A stretch of DNA of 64,000 bases from Squalus acanthias. Its lineage: Eukaryota. Position numbers and translations under genes: made by a program. How positions within the stretch are numbered: position 1 is the stretch's first letter; each line of letters begins with the position of its first letter. The notes beneath the pieces were generated by a model. The model was not told where the DNA came from. It worked only from the letters and a program-made list of their open reading frames with translations, and searched no databases. The stretch spans positions 260,586,001 to 260,650,000 of the forward strand of contig CM059425.1 of NCBI GenBank assembly GCA_030390025.1. Direction: 5' to 3'. Below, in pieces: positions 63,794 through 64,000 of the stretch.

Positions 63794-64000
63794 CTACAGC
63801 CACTGGCTCATCTCTTGAGGGCTGGCTACCCCGGCGACGGTGTCATGCGTTTCCTCCATGGGCTGGAGATCGGTGTATCCTTCCTTTTCTTCGTCTTTGA
63901 GCAACGGCTCCTCTTCCCGTACGGCGCTGACTGACATTAGCTGGGTTGTGGCAATCTTACAACATGTCTTTAACAAGGTTATCAAGCAACATACAGCGAC
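63794..64000 (-). CDS. C-terminus of a probable ERV env (end of TM helix plus cytoplasmic tail)
   Basis: VAVCCLITLLKTCCK...GYTDL...stop directly upstream of the PPT/LTR; open to the window edge. Confidence 0.55.
   Translation of the reverse strand, partial: VAVCCLITLLKTCCKIATTQLMSVSAVREEEPLLKDEEKEGYTDLQPMEETHDTVAGVASPQEMSQWL

Overview
Vertebrate genomic DNA, very probably a cartilaginous fish (shark), judged from HE1/V-SINE, Deu-SINE, CR1 and L2 content; not prokaryotic. Bases 1-~16250 are a 23-bp tandem satellite (~700 units). The rest is mostly nested CR1/L2 LINE debris, SINEs, a Penelope fragment, Harbinger-type MITEs, one structurally complete PIF/Harbinger transposon (55505-59580) and the 3' end of an ERV. 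Among the repeats are splice-signal-supported exons of two divergently transcribed Siglec-15-like Ig receptors. Gene A (minus): leader 44282-44231, two recently duplicated V-set exons that keep the sialic-acid-binding Arg (23042-22650, 20745-20353) and a third V-set exon with His at that position (18804-18448); its TM/tail exons are not in the window and probably lie beyond the satellite. Gene B (plus): leader 49462-49510, His-type V exon 54756-55124, C2+TM exon 59602-59976 with an Arg in the TM, and a short tail. The best candidate for an undescribed system is this head-to-head, exon-duplicating Siglec-15-like receptor pair. All gene models were read by eye from splice signals and need transcript confirmation. 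Repeat boundaries are approximate unless a TSD is given.
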